Assembly: GCA_003344405.1 (NCBI GenBank)
Contig: NOWV01000015.1
Span: 186,001-250,000 of the forward strand
Source of the DNA: Trichoplax sp. H2
Taxonomy: Eukaryota
DNA: 64,000 bases
Direction of reading: 5' to 3'
Shown here: positions 37,179-51,185 of the stretch, one piece after another
Numbering within the stretch: the first letter of the stretch is position 1
Layout of the letters: every line of letters begins with the position of its first letter
Notes under the pieces: generated by a model
What the model was told of the DNA's origin: nothing
What the model saw: the letters and a program-made list of their open reading frames with translations, nothing else
Databases searched by the model: none
Translations under genes and position numbers: made by a program

Positions 37179-40100
37179 TCAAAAACTATGAAAGTAAGCG
37201 AAAATACCTTCATGATCAATCAGTGATGCAACAGATAATGCTGAAGATGCTCTACTAATAGTTAACTTTCGCTTACTAGAATGAGCACGAGCACGAGCAA
37301 GAATTTGATTGATTGCATCTGCACGATCAAAATTTTGCAATCTTCGGTGAATGTTAGCGATTTTCTCGTATAATGTCAAAACTTTGGAATGACCATTATC
37401 GTGAATGCTCAAAGTGATATTAAGAGCTTTTTGATAAACTGATAAAGCATCGTCTAATTTATTTTGCAAAGTATAGACATCTCCGATTCCGTTGTAGGTG
37501 TTTGCAACCTGCATATTGCCGTTGCCTAATAATTCCATTCGAATATGAAGTGAACTTTGAAATAATTTTAGGGCTTCATCCAATTTATTTTGTCGCTTAT
37601 AAATGGTAGCAAAACCATAATATAATGAGGCAACGGGTAGATTTTTCTTCCCTAATATATTTAATCTAATCTTGTAGGCATTTTGATATTCAGTTACAGC
37701 ATCGTCGTATCTTTCCAGTTTAACGTAGACATTGCCAACAGCATAATATGAATTGGCAACAGCTAGATCATCTTGACCTAAAATGGCCAATCGTATATCT
37801 AGAGCATTTTGATATGCAGATAGTGCATCTCGATAATTTTCTTGCTTCAAGTAAACATTGCCCTTACCATGATATGAATAGGCAATATGTAAATTTGAAC
37901 TTCCTAGCAAGATCAATTTCATATTAAGAGCTTTTTGGTACATTTCTAGCGCATCGTAATATTTATCTTGTTTCAAATAAACATCACCCAATCGGCAGTA
38001 TGTGTAGGCGACCAGTAAATTCTTGCTACCTAAGCTATCTAATCTTAATTTTAAACATCTTTCAAAAGCAACTACAGCTTTATCGTAACGAAATTGCAAG
38101 AAATAAATGTCTCCAATACAATAGTGAGTATACGCAGTGTCGATATTTTGATGTCCTAGTATTTTCCATTTAATTTTTAATGATGACTCATACATGGCTA
38201 AAGATTCATCATACTCATGTTGTTTTTCATAAACACTAGCGATGCTGTGGTATATATCACTAATGAATAAGCTGCTCTCACTGCATGTTTTTAATGCGAT
38301 AATTAAAGATTTTTGGTACAACGAAAGAGCACTATCATAATTATTTTCCGCATAATAGACATCTCCAATGGCATAATAAGTATGGCATACTTGCAAACTT
38401 TCAGGACTCGATATTTTTAACTGTATTTGTAGAGATTTTTGATACATTGCAAAAGCATCATCGTATTGAAATTTCGAAAAGTATGCGTCACCAAGAGAAT
38501 GATATGAGTCTGCGACCGGTAAATTTTCGTTTGCAAATACTTTTAATCGCACATCTAGACCTTTCTGATATAATGTTATAGCATCATCGTAATTACCTTT
38601 GGAATAATAGATATTTCCCATTGCATGATACGAATCGGCTGTGTAACAACTGGCATCGCTAAATAATAATTTTATTGCTGTATTTAGTGATTTCTTATAC
38701 ATGAGTAATGCTTCATGGTCGTTTTCTAATTTCCAGTAAATATTACCAATTCGTAGATAGCATTTAGTATTTTCTAAATTTTCTTCTCCTAGAATTTCGG
38801 TATATATTTCAAGAGCATTCTTATACATCAAATTAGCATCGTCATATTTTCCCTTATGATAAAAGACATCGCCTATTCCTAGATTGGACTGTGCAACGCT
38901 CAAATTTTTGTTTCCCAGTAGATCTAGTTTCATATTAAGAGATTTTCTATGCATTGTTAGAGCTTCATCGTATCGAATCTGTGCCGTATAGACTACTCCA
39001 AAATAAAAATATGAATCAGCTACATCTAGATTCTGATCACCTAATACAGCTAGTCGAATATCTAAACACTTTTGATACATTTCCAATGCATTTTCAATCA
39101 TTCTTCGTTGACGAAAAATATGACCCATAGCATGATAAGATGATGCTGAATATAAGTTATCATCATTTAAGGTCTTTGATGCAATATCAAAAGTGTGTTG
39201 ATACTTTGCCATAGCATCGTCGTATTTATGCTGCTGTCGGTAAATATCGCCAATTGCATTTAATGTATCGACAATTTCCAGATTTTGATCATCCAGTAAT
39301 CTTACTTTAATGTCTAGCGATTTCTGATACATATTAAGAGCATCATTGTATTTCTCTTGTTTTAAGTACACTGTAGCAAGGTTATGAAGTGAATTTGCTA
39401 CATGTAAATGATGATTACCTAATGTTTCTAAACGAAGATTTAAAGATTTTTTAAATAAATTAATGGCATCCTCGTATTTAAGTTTTGCACAATAAACATA
39501 ACCAATAGCTTGATATGATGAAGCAATATGTAATAGCATATTTCCTAGTAATTCTAATTTATTGTAAAGAGGATTTTGATGAGATAAAACATTATCCAGT
39601 TGCGAATTTTGGTTTCGATGCGAAATACTATGATAACTTTGGGCTTGGCCTAATTTATTTATTCCTAGTAAATCAACTCTAATATTGAGGTAACGTTGAT
39701 AAATTAAAAGAGCGTCGTCGTAATTATCGTAAGAAAAGTTAATATCACCAATTTGGTAATTTGAATTCGAAACTGGTAAATTATTAGTATGCAATATTTG
39801 CATCCGAATTTGTAAAGATTTCTCATACATTAATAACGCTTCGTTATAGCGATCTTGAGAGAAGTATACATGTCCTATACCGTGATACGTATAAGCTACT
39901 CCTAAATGATTATTGCCTAGTACAATTAATTTCAATTGAAGTGATTTATTATATTGCACTAAAGCCTCTTTATAAATCCGCTGCTTTCTTTTTATGGAAC
40001 CTTGGCAGTCATAGCATCGCGCAATACGGTGTTTATCCTGGGATTTAGTGGCAAGCCCTACTGCTTTACAGCAGTAATCGAGTGCCTGTTCATACTGGTG

Positions 40101-40421
40101 TGATTTATAGCATGTAGAAAACATATCTAGATAGATATCACATTGAATTTGATCATGGAACAATGCGTCGTTTGGTATGGTTTTTACAGTATCTAAAGCT
40201 TTTCTATAGCTATGTTTCGCTTCTTCAAGATTTCCCGTACTAAAATGCCGGTGACCAATTGCTCGAAGAGATAGAAGTTCATGACCGATTGACTTTTTTT
40301 TCTCCAATTTAGCTATATTTATCATTTTCGCTTTAGTCGCGTTACTGCCATTGGTATGCTTTACGTTACCAGTACTAGAACGTTGAGGCACCAATACCAT
40401 TTGGCTAATTCGATGACCCAT
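37179..40421 (-). CDS. Intronless 1080-aa TPR-repeat protein (42-aa KLC/NPHP3-type repeats)
   Basis: Uninterrupted ORF with roughly 20 repeats of VAxSYxxIGxVYxxQxKYDDALxMYQKSLxIxLxxLG; N-terminus MGHRIS. Confidence 0.93.
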   Translation of the reverse strand: MGHRISQMVLVPQRSSTGNVKHTNGSNATKAKMINIAKLEKKKSIGHELLSLRAIGHRHFSTGNLEEAKHSYRKALDTVKTIPNDALFHDQIQCDIYLDMFSTCYKSHQYEQALDYCCKAVGLATKSQDKHRIARCYDCQGSIKRKQRIYKEALVQYNKSLQLKLIVLGNNHLGVAYTYHGIGHVYFSQDRYNEALLMYEKSLQIRMQILHTNNLPVSNSNYQIGDINFSYDNYDDALLIYQRYLNIRVDLLGINKLGQAQSYHSISHRNQNSQLDNVLSHQNPLYNKLELLGNMLLHIASSYQAIGYVYCAKLKYEDAINLFKKSLNLRLETLGNHHLHVANSLHNLATVYLKQEKYNDALNMYQKSLDIKVRLLDDQNLEIVDTLNAIGDIYRQQHKYDDAMAKYQHTFDIASKTLNDDNLYSASSYHAMGHIFRQRRMIENALEMYQKCLDIRLAVLGDQNLDVADSYFYFGVVYTAQIRYDEALTMHRKSLNMKLDLLGNKNLSVAQSNLGIGDVFYHKGKYDDANLMYKNALEIYTEILGEENLENTKCYLRIGNIYWKLENDHEALLMYKKSLNTAIKLLFSDASCYTADSYHAMGNIYYSKGNYDDAITLYQKGLDVRLKVFANENLPVADSYHSLGDAYFSKFQYDDAFAMYQKSLQIQLKISSPESLQVCHTYYAIGDVYYAENNYDSALSLYQKSLIIALKTCSESSLFISDIYHSIASVYEKQHEYDESLAMYESSLKIKWKILGHQNIDTAYTHYCIGDIYFLQFRYDKAVVAFERCLKLRLDSLGSKNLLVAYTYCRLGDVYLKQDKYYDALEMYQKALNMKLILLGSSNLHIAYSYHGKGNVYLKQENYRDALSAYQNALDIRLAILGQDDLAVANSYYAVGNVYVKLERYDDAVTEYQNAYKIRLNILGKKNLPVASLYYGFATIYKRQNKLDEALKLFQSSLHIRMELLGNGNMQVANTYNGIGDVYTLQNKLDDALSVYQKALNITLSIHDNGHSKVLTLYEKIANIHRRLQNFDRADAINQILARARAHSSKRKLTISRASSALSVASLIDHEGIFAYFHSF

Positions 40422-40645
40422 TTTATTAAATAATGACTACTATTTTATTTTGATCCAGTGATAAAGAGCCAAAATAATAAAAGATTTTTCGTTTAATAAT
40501 AGCCCTACTCCGCTGATAAAAGTTGAAATCTTATAGCTTTAACGAAATGGTAAATTTGGAAATCTTTATCTATAAGAAACAGAAGATCCTCAGTAAGATG
40601 GGAATTAGTATCAGCTTTAATCTTCTCTTTTCGTGTCGTTAAATG

Positions 40646-41040
40646 TTTAAATTAGATCAAAATAATACCGCTCCTGGAACTATACTAGTGCAGAATTAAC
40701 TATAAAATATTTTTAATATCATTGAAATTAGTAGCAATCTTTACTTTTTAAATCAGATCAAAATAATACCAGTGCTATAACTCAATTAGTGAAGGATTAA
40801 AGTTAAAACAGTTTGAATATCATTGAAATTAGCAGCTATCTTCACTTTTTAGATTAAGCTAATACCGTTACTAGAACTCGACTATTGAAGAATTAATATT
40901 AACATATTTCTTATACCATTGAAATTAGCAGCTATCTTTACTTTTTGAATCAGATCAAATTAATACCGGTACTAAATTGACTAGTGAAGGATTAATATTA
41001 AAAATATATTTAATAACATTAAAATTCGTAGCAATCTTTC
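40646..41040. repeat. Tandem repeat, four units of about 100 bp, upstream of the long TPR gene
   Basis: AGAT..A..TAATACC..TAGTG-AG-ATTAA..CATTGAAATTAG-AGC-ATCTT recurs from about 40654, 40755, 40851 and 40952. Confidence 0.85.
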
Positions 41041-44000
41041 TTTGATAGAAAGTCACATAAAAAACAGGATTTATTTAATCAAGTAGAGCTGTATTACGCT
41101 ATCGTCGTTAATCGTTGTCGTTTTCACTCTCGAAGTGTTCGAATTTTTAATAGTCAACCCGAAAAGTCTATATAAGAATAGCCTTTTTCGGTAAATTAAT
41201 GTTCATAGTAACGAGTGGGACCCAACAGTTACTGAAAACTTGAAGCAATTATTGAGATTGCATTTATTTATATCATTACGCATACAGCTCTCTTATACCT
41301 AGATCGAAATGTATACCCTAATTAATCAATAAGAAACTGTTTTTTATATAAATGATTGGTCATACGTATCATTATTCATGGCAATAGCATCCAAAATAGG
41401 TCAAAAATATCTCTAAATAAGTATCTTTAAAAGCAATTGTAGCAATTTTAAATGAAAACAAGATTGATGACGTAGTATAAGAGAGTAAACATTGTTATCC
41501 TTCAATCATAACGCGTTCTTATTATGAATATATCGTATAACTGTATGCTCGATATAGCATGGAAGGAGGGAGGGAAATAACGATAAATCAGAGTCATCTA
41601 TATGTCTGTCCTTATATTTTAACCAGTATCTACGACAAACAAATCTGCAAATATAGTACATTAGTACGTAAAAATCGAATGCTCAGATGCACATATTCAA
41701 ACTACGTGAATCTATGAGTACGAAATCGTCATGACAACCAAAGTTTAGAAAGATGATGATTACCTTGCTTACTGTTAGTTAACATTAATAATATTGTATT
41801 TATTCTAAAATTTATGAATAACAATATCTTCAAACTGATGATAGACCATATTTTTGCAAAAGAAACGAATATTCTAGATTAATAAGTTGCAGTTGTCAAC
41901 TTTTTTGTTACCTTCCATCATATCTGATTCTAGTCTATCGTAAATAGAAGCATGCATAATTAAAGCCATTATTTGTGACTAGTTAATAAGCTATGCAGTA
42001 ATTATTAAGAGTTATATTATTTAGATTGGAAAATTCCACACTCTCTTTTGTACACTTTTGGAATATGGTTTGAAAATAAATAAACACAATGGCTATCATA
42101 TACGAATATAAGCGCTAAGGTTATAATTTAATGGATCGACAAGTATACTGCATTACGTATACTCTAATAGTAATAGTATCTGATAGTAATAAAGTACAAT
42201 ATTTTTTGTCTTACAGCCAAAAGCATAAAGCATAAAGCAATCTACTATAAAAAAAAATCGGTGGCGTAGTATCCGTATGAATATCATCGTTTTCTAGCAT
42301 TTGCTTGTTTATTTTGTCACACGATTACTAAAAAGTCCATTTTTATCGATTCAAATTTCCTTTCCACTGAGAAAGCACATGAGACAATTAATTTATGGTT
42401 ATTATGGTATCTTCCACAATATTTCATACTTTTTAATTGACCAAAATAATTTTAAAGAGCTATTACTTATTTGGACTATCTACAAAGTCATAGTGTTGGT
42501 ATTGTACTTATAGATAAGTAATAATAATTATCATTGAATAATTTCTACTACAAATTTATAAACTAAATATTAAAGGTACTTCTTTTATTATACAGTACTA
42601 ACTGCTGTATCAAAACTTGGATAGCAAAATGCAACTGAATTGCTTGATTTTGTGGCGGATGGTACGTTTACTGATGGGGCCTTAAAGTGAACAAATTTTA
42701 CGTTTACTTATTATTCGGTACTCATTAGAATAAAAATTTTCAAAATCATCTCGGCCTTATTGAATCAGAACAAGAATGCATAACTGAAAATATAATATAA
42801 CTTAGATTACAGTTTACCAGAAATTATAAGTATATCAAATACTGATAAACTTATTCGAGCAAAATAAAGTTAGTAATATTCACCGCAAAAACTGTAAACT
42901 ATTTACCGGCAATCTTGTCGTAATTAATGCTACGAAACTTTAAAGGACAAAAATAAAATAAGCATTTATAAAATCTTTGAGACAGCGCGTAGATTGTCTC
43001 TATAGTCATTGCGTATACTATACCAACTTATATTAGTTATAACTCGAGTAAAGGAATTACAAGCAGAAATGTGAATGTAATTTTATTGCTTTAACATCTA
43101 TTAAAAAACATATGAATTTGGAGTAAAAGCTAGTTTTAGTAGGAAGTGGATAAGCTATGTTTATGCATTATCCAGAAATTTATCAATTTTTCAAAAGCAT
43201 GACTCTCTTAATAGGAAAAATAATATCAAAAACTAAAATTTGAAAAATTCAAGAAAGTTAAATCATTGAGTTGCAAAGCGCTCGAATATCTATACGATTC
43301 CATAAAGTTACAAGAAGTTGCTTATACCTTGCCGGTGTAAATACTATATTTTCATGGGATGAAAATATGAGTGATTACTTATCAATTTTATACGAGAGGA
43401 ACATTTTTCGTGTCAAATTAAAAAATTAGCTCAATTTTATCAACTACGCAACATAATTTTAGACGTCAGACTCAATGACTTGATAATAGATATCCACAGA
43501 CCAACATTCCATAAATCAAGTAGCTATCGTGTAGCATTTATTTTATGATAGATTATCAGCCTTACTAACTACGCAGAGACAGCTGACTGCTTTTCAAAGT
43601 TATATATATTCACGTCGATTTAAAATAATTTTACTTACTTGTTTTAAAATGGAGTGTAAGCTTTGAGTGATAATAATAATACTTTCATTTCATCGTTAAT
43701 CAGAAATAAATGAAAGAATCTTTGTGTAATTTCACCTTAAGGTCCAAAATTGCAGTTAATTTCAGTTTAAGCAAGTTTCAGTCTTCCGTTAGATTTAAAA
43801 ATCTTTCACGACATATGCTATGTTACGACGTTCCTGTAGTGTTCTCTTGAGCAGATAAAAGTAACCCAGTTCGAAAATCTTTGTCTATATATCACCGTCA
43901 ATGAGTTCCGGTACATCAAATAAATGGAAACTGTCAAATAAAAATAATGAATTGAATTTTATTGTATTTTAATTGGTATTATGCAGTCTAATTAAGAGGC

Positions 44001-46334
44001 TAAAGTTGATTTAACTAGAAGCTAAAAATTATTGAGAATAATAAAGTAACCTGTAAGGTTAAATATTTGACTTCATTTAGATGCTCTTCAGACGCTATAA
44101 CATGGTTGAAAACGCATGCACACTTATACGAAACTATTAATGTTAAATAAATATATATTACTTTCACAAGCAGTTTATCTAAATTTATGAAATTTATTTC
44201 ATAATAAAAATAAAGTATAATAAGCTGTAATTTATTAACTTTAGCCAGTTTTTAACATTGTAACATCATAAATTGCTCAATAAGGCTGTAGTCCTGTTAC
44301 TGGGTTTAATGATGTACGATGATATTATCAGATATATCTTAAAGATTTTAACACTTTTCCTAAAGTCCCTGGTTTGATAAGTTTAATTGAAGTAAATCTA
44401 ACAGAAATTTATCTAACAGTTTTCGCACCATGCATATTAAATTTTTCATAACATGCAATATATTAGAATATAATAAAAAGTTTTCAACTGTTAATGTCCT
44501 AGGTTACAGTTTTATTAAATATATTAAATGTTTCTGCTATTATTACGTTACAATAACGAGAGCGGCAGGTGCGTTAATCTCTCTTATATTCTGATACTTA
44601 AATAATTAATTCCATAACATCTATAATAATGATAGATTGAAAAGCATGTTCTTTGTACCTGAGAGAGCTGCTACTTAACTTTAAACGGTGAACATTAGTA
44701 AAAATTGAAAACTGCTTAAATAGCATTGCGGGATATTAAACAGAAGTGTATGATTAATTAAGTGATTCAGCGAATTTAAAATTTTGCTTCAGGTAGTATG
44801 GCTCGGAATATCCATTTAAAAATAACATCTCGCAGTCAACTTTGTAGGAAATGGAATGACGGTGAAATAGGCTTTCATTGATGATTTTTTGAGTATCTAT
44901 TCATCATTTGCATAGATATAAGAGCTCAAGCAGACAAATATTAAATTCTGTCTATTAACTCTTTCTAGATGCATAACATATTCATTTTTGATAGAACTCG
45001 AGAAATAATTTGTTTCTTTTCGTCGAATTAGAGATTATTTTGTGAAATGAAAGCTATGAGCTATAGCTAATAATAAATTGCATCATAGATATTGTTGATG
45101 ACAAATAGTTATTCATACGTTAATAAATTTACTTTTAAGTATTAAAGAATTCATAAAAAAGGGATACTTGAACACTTTTACGATTTGTTAATTCTTTAAT
45201 ATGAAAAATAAACAAAAAAATGATAAGTATAATTACCATATGATATCTAGATAACAATTATTTAGTCTAAATACGATAAGCAGTATCACATCTGATAATT
45301 ATCTATTTAATGACGCATAACTACCCGGATACTATTTCACATTTTAATCAATAAAATAGATTTTAATGCCTTCTCATGCCTTTGACGGATCCCAATCAAT
45401 AAATAATTTAGTTTATCTAGGACGAAATGTTATAATTTCTAATTTAGTCTACCTATTTCAAACATAAAATTTATAAGGTATTTTATCACTTCAATAGCGT
45501 CCCTATCGCATTTATTTATTGTATGAATGAGTAATACGTTAGATTTGAAGGTAGGCCTTAATAGCTGGAATGTAAGTGATACAGTATTCTCATGTGACCG
45601 CTATTTGATTCTTGGTCAGTTTAATGCTAGTTTTAATTAAATTCATTCAACAGAAATAGTGCAACTAGCAACTACAACTATCATATTCTTATAATAAGGC
45701 CCTTACCCAATGCTTACTTAATACTAATAAAGTTTCGAAATGTTAATAGTGATGATCACAAAGGCTCTATGGTGCTATGTAGTAATCATTTAGTGGTGAA
45801 TATATTGATTGATGATTCATTTGCTCTTTGAGTTTATCACAAACTCCCGTGTAACAAGATAACGTTGTGATCGAATCTACGATCTCGCAATAATTCGTAC
45901 GCCTTCGATTTACGTTATACTTCTAACCTTAGAAACTAAGAACTAACTTTTATTAATTTGTCCAATCGTTTATATAGATTTTATCTACAAGCTTTTACCC
46001 ACCTCTTAGAATACTACCAATCCAACTATAGATATAAATGACCTTTAACACATCACAATTTAAATCGTACCGTCTACAATCTATATCTGGTTACGTACTC
46101 CTCGGCTTACAATATCATTGCAGCCGCAAAGCATGTACTATTTTGGTGCAGTGAGTTAGCACCGTGAAATATTTTCAGAAGCCTTTAGCTGTTGGAAAAA
46201 TTAATATTGCGACAGTTTTTCTTTATCAGGCTTTGAATGAACTCATGGAAGCAAATTCTTACAATTATGCAATTATTAATTTATTCTATTAGCGGCAGTT
46301 GCTAGACGCAGTTATCATATATCTAGTAGCTATA

Positions 46335-47371
46335 TGTCACAAACCAGCTTCGTGACAAGGATAACGTAAAATAAATCTCTAAATTACTATAGTCTCCGGG
46401 ATTCAGTATCCCTTAACTACCTCACAAGAATTTAGACGCCTTTGATTCTACGTTAAACTCAACTAGACAATTGAGAGCTATTTTATTCAACTATCTGACG
46501 GGTTTATATACCCTTCTAATGCAGCTAACAATCGCGAGTCATCTTATAAAAATACCTAGGTGAGAACATCTACTTGTCACGGTACGCCGTTACTAATTAA
46601 GTAACTGTAAATTAATGAATGCTTATGAATAGATAAGATAAGGTTATGTGCTATGTTTTAATGCGCTTGTAGCTGATAATAGGATGGTAGAAATGAGATA
46701 AAAATAGAAGTTGTTAGCAGTTAATTTACTGTAGGTTTATAAGGTATGTTAATCTCTAAAAATTGAGCTGTATATGGATGAAGGTTAAGCGTCTTAACAC
46801 CTGATAGCTTGTAGCTATCTAAGTCTGAGAATATCGACATGTATATTTAGTAATGGTATTATACTAATTAATGTAACTTGTAAAGCATGAATTCTCACTC
46901 GTTAATATTGGAATTCACTGTAGAAACCTATTTAAGCGCGTGTGTTTGTAGAATAAAAATAGGTAATTGCTCAAGAAACGGCAAGACTCATATCGTGAAG
47001 AATAGTGTAATAATTAGTCAGTTGTCTGTGGAGATCAGCCGAGAAATCGAGTTCTCAAATGCTTCTCTCATAGAAACTGAAAGTACTGGGAGAAATAGCC
47101 CAAGTTTTAAGTAACTACACTAGAGTTCTTTACTTTCCTTTGCCACAAGTGAGGGTTGTGACACTACTAAGTAATTTTTCACAGTCGGACTACAGTGTGT
47201 TCATTCACTGAATCATTTCAGCGCCCATTACAGCACAGCATTAAATTTATTGTAATACATTTATAATTAGAGTAATTCGTATTATAAGTATCTAGTTGGT
47301 AATATATTATCACTGTATTATATTAACCAAATTTAGATAACTATTTCTTCACGGTAGTTCGTACCGTGACG
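46335..47371 (-). mobile_element. Solo LTR, family B, copy 2, interrupted by a nested LTR
   Basis: TGTCACAAACC at 46335, ends GTGACG at 47371, TSD CTATA (46330-46334, 47372-47376); matches copy 1 on both sides of the insertion. Confidence 0.88.
46575..47163 (+). mobile_element. Solo LTR, family D (589 bp), nested in family B copy 2
   Basis: TGTCAC...GTGACA ends, perfect TSD CTACT (46570-46574, 47164-47168), TATTTAA at 46929 and AATAAA at 46952; single CTACT at the same site in the other B copies. Confidence 0.9.
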
Positions 47372-47672
47372 CTATAGTAAAATTAAAGCCCGAGCTGGAT
47401 TCTAATTGGGCGCGGTAATAATATCTTCCTTCACGCAGAAAACTCTAGCTTGTGAAAGCTGACATAATTAAAGTAAAATTCATCCATAAAAATTGACTTA
47501 GTGTTCAGCTTTGAGTGTTTGAGTCTATAATTACTGGTATTCAAAGTATTTAAATTTTCCATATTAAACATCATTAGAGTCATAATTGTAAAGCTCCATT
47601 ACAGTAAATTTGGCTGAAATAGAAATTTTTCGACGGTAGTTATGCAGCATATNNNNNNNNNNNNNNNNNNNN

Positions 47673-48378
47673 GTGACAAGGATAACGTAAAATAAATCTC
47701 TAAATTACTATAGTCTCCGGGATTCAGTATCCCTTAACTACCTCACAAGAATTTAGACGCCTTTGATTCTACGTTAAACTCAACTAGATAATTGAGAGCT
47801 ATTTTATTCAACTATCTGACGGGTTTATATACCCTTCTAATGCAGCTAACAATCGCGAGTCATCTTATAAAAATACCTAGGTGAGAACATCTACTACGTA
47901 ATTTTTCACAGTCGGACTACAGTGTGTCCATTCACTGAATCATTTCAGCGCACATTACAGCACAGCATTAAATTTACTGTAACACATTTATAATTAGAGT
48001 AATTCGTATTGTAAGTATCTAGTTGGTAATATATTATCACTGTATTATATTAACCAAATTTAGATAACTATTTCTTCACGGTAGTTCGTACCGTGACGCT
48101 ATAGTAAAATTAAAGCCCGAGCTGGATTCTAATTGGGCGCGGTAATAATATCTTCCTTCACGCAGAAAACTCTAGCTTGTGAAAGCTGACATAATTAAAG
48201 TAAAATTCATCCATAAAAATTGACTTAGTGTTCAGCTTTGAGTGTTTGAGTCTATAATTACTGGTATTCAAAGTATTTAAATTTCCTTATTAAACATCAT
48301 TAGGGTCATAATTGTAAAGCTCCATTACAGTAAATTTGGCTGAAATAGAAATTTTTCGACGGTAGTTATGCAGCATAT
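47673..48378. repeat. Alternative allele after N gap 47653-47672: LTR B without the nested insertion (47673-48098) plus repeated flank
   Basis: Repeats the B copy 2 sequence and its unique flank (47372-47652 matches 48099-48378) but lacks 46575-47163. Confidence 0.9.
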
Positions 48379-48409
48379 AATTCAATTGAATTCAATTCTT
48401 TCAACAAAA

Positions 48410-48583
48410 TTAAAGTATCATACCGTCTGGTAGTGGATATAAATCGTAGCGTGACAGATATGAATACTTAAATTATTTAACGCTTAATTTAATCAAACTT
48501 AATTATTTTAAAAGGATTAAAGTATCACACAGTCAGAAAGGGGATGAATGAGTAAATTGTAGCGTGCTGGATATGAACATTTA
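48410..48583. repeat. Short diverged direct duplication, period about 107 bp
   Basis: TTAAAGTATCA-AC-GTC..GGAT..TAAAT-GTAGCGTG..GATATGAA occurs twice. Confidence 0.6.
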
Positions 48584-50589
48584 CGCTTGAACTCTATAAT
48601 ATCTTTATTCTGATAAATGCCAACATAAGCATTCTACCCTGAGTATGTCATTATAAAACACAAACCCGAATGTTTACCTCGTACACGTTCACATATTAAC
48701 AACGATTCTGCTATAATACTACAATAATAATATTTTAGATTGTGACCTTAAACCAGTCAATTATATTTGCGGCACTTACTAATTCACTAGTAAGTATCAC
48801 CAGCATAATAGAAATACAAGAGAGGCGCAGAATCATTCTAAGCGCCGACAGTGAGTTCATAATTACTTTATTTCTCTAGCAGACGATGTAATACTGGATT
48901 AATCAAACAATCTATTTCAGGCGTTTCTAATTTCTAATTAAACATTGCAAGATTACCATAATTTATAACTATAGAATATTTAATAATTGCACGTTTTATG
49001 TTTCCAAACAACTATTCGGCTATTTAGCTGATTAGGAAAAGATGGAATTTTTGTTGTAATTTCCATATAAAGGCAAGTTTGATATGAAATAGTAACCGAC
49101 TTACAAATTAAATTACACTTTGAGCTAGTAATTGCAGAGCTGCACAATTTATGAAACTTAAAAGCAGCTGATATAGACAATAATATCAAAGAATGCGTTA
49201 TCGTGATTGTTTCTGTTTGTCATAAAGTAGAGACAGATTTTATTGCAATAATGGCAGCTATTTAAATCCAGATATAACATCATTGAGTTCTATTTAATCT
49301 TATGTTAAAATTTTAATTAATAGACTTATACTTCTGTTTTATACCAATATAATTTTAATCCAGACTAATCCTGCATTGGGTGTCAAATTCAGTAGTATCC
49401 ATCTAATTTGAAAGGTATTCATGCTAATTTACTACTCAGATATCTTGCATGTAATTTCTCTTAATCTTAATTTCTTTTGAACGCATAGAATTAGCTGCGG
49501 TAAGCGTCGATTTTTTTATGCATAATGAAATTTTAAAATATAACGTGATACACCTGCTCTAATATAAGTCTAATAACTTAACAATACGCCTATAGGCAAC
49601 TAATAATTAGTATATGCGTTTATGGGGAAGTAATTTAAAATTGAATGAAATTAATTTTTCAATCATAAAACAATTGCTGACTTCCTATTCAATTCTTCTT
49701 TAAGGTCTAGATTTATAACCGAATTAAGCGTATAAGATCCGTCAACGATTATTAGAAATCATTGAAATTGAATATTGCTATAGATTATAAAGACTATAAA
49801 CAATTAATCTCCTACAAGTTAATACAGTCTTCCTTAAACCTGCAAACGCTAATTATATTAATCGCTCCTACATTTCAGGATTATGCCTAGTTATTATTAT
49901 ACTGGTAACTATTGGCAAACGTGCGGAAGTAAAACAGTTTTGAATAATTCACAATGCTCTTGCAGCATAAAAATCAAAAATCATAGAATTTTAATGCTCA
50001 ATATTGACTACACTTTTTTATTACTTATGGCTTTTGATAACAAAAGCGATTAGTAGATTGAAAACTAAAAATCTCGGACAATTACGATGGAGGAATAAAA
50101 GATATTTTCGTGGTTAAAAAGTACTGCAGGTGCAATAATCTTAAGTTTACTGCAGTAGCTATAAGTGCAGTAAACTAATGTATACTTCTATATTTTAGTA
50201 AGTTGGAGTACTTATAGTTAGGATCATCGACATGTACAAAACGGAGGGTTCCATGAGATTGAGTATGTCAGCTGATATTTCGCTACGCAAAGTAAAAGCA
50301 AATCTGTCTTATTGTAGACGTAGCTGACATATGAAGGACGTAACCATAAAGAATTAAAAATAATTCATATTATACATTTCATCTGATGCTAGATATGTTT
50401 TATTGAAGGCATTGGAAATGAGAAAAATAGCATTTAAAATTGCAACAAAGACTGACGCAGCGGCGATTTAGTATAGGAAATATTTTAAATTGTTCTTCAA
50501 AGCATAGCAGAATTATCGCACCCATTATTGTCGATATCCTAAGTTTTACTTTATTTTTAAAATAAAGATTAATAAATTCTCGCATTTTA

Positions 50590-51185
50590 GAGCTTATTTA
50601 CTTAAGTTTAAGATATTAATTCAGGAAGTCAGGTATCTAATAATGTTGAACCAAGATTCTCTATTCACTAAATACAGTCAATCAATATTGGCTATTTCTA
50701 TAAAATCATGTCGCATAGAACTGAGTTCTTTGGTTCATGGCATCCTTTAAGTTTGCTTAACCTAAGATATTAATTCAGAAAGTTCGATCTTTCTATAAAA
50801 TCAAGTTACGTATCATCGAGTTCTTCGCTTCATAACATATTAATTAAAGTTTAACTAACTCTTAGATATTAATTCAGGAGGTTAGATTTCCAATAATGCC
50901 AAACCTAGACGGACTGTTTACTAGTCACAGTCAATTGATATTGGCTATTTGTATAAAATCTTGTCGCATATAATATAATTAATTTCTTTGCTTCATAATA
51001 TATTCTTTAAAGTTTACTTAACTTCCAAGGTATTAACTCAGGAAGTTATGTCTCCAATAATGCCGAACCTAGACCGTCTAATTACTAACCATAGTCAATT
51101 GATATTGGCTATTTCTATAAAAAATTTTGTCCTATATAATTGAGTTCTTAGGCTCATAGCATATTCTTTACCTTCAAGGGATTAA
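50590..51185. repeat. Tandem repeat, about four units of 100-165 bp, upstream of TPR gene 2
   Basis: GATATTAATTCAG-AAG..AATAATG..CAGTCAAT-ATATTGGCTATTT-TATAAAA recurs at about 50612, 50766 (internally deleted), 50866 and 51030. Confidence 0.85.

Noticed and set aside
46887-47114. 75-aa ORF (likewise 56493-56681 and 56917-57108)
   Set aside because: Lie inside solo LTRs and show no gag/pol motifs.
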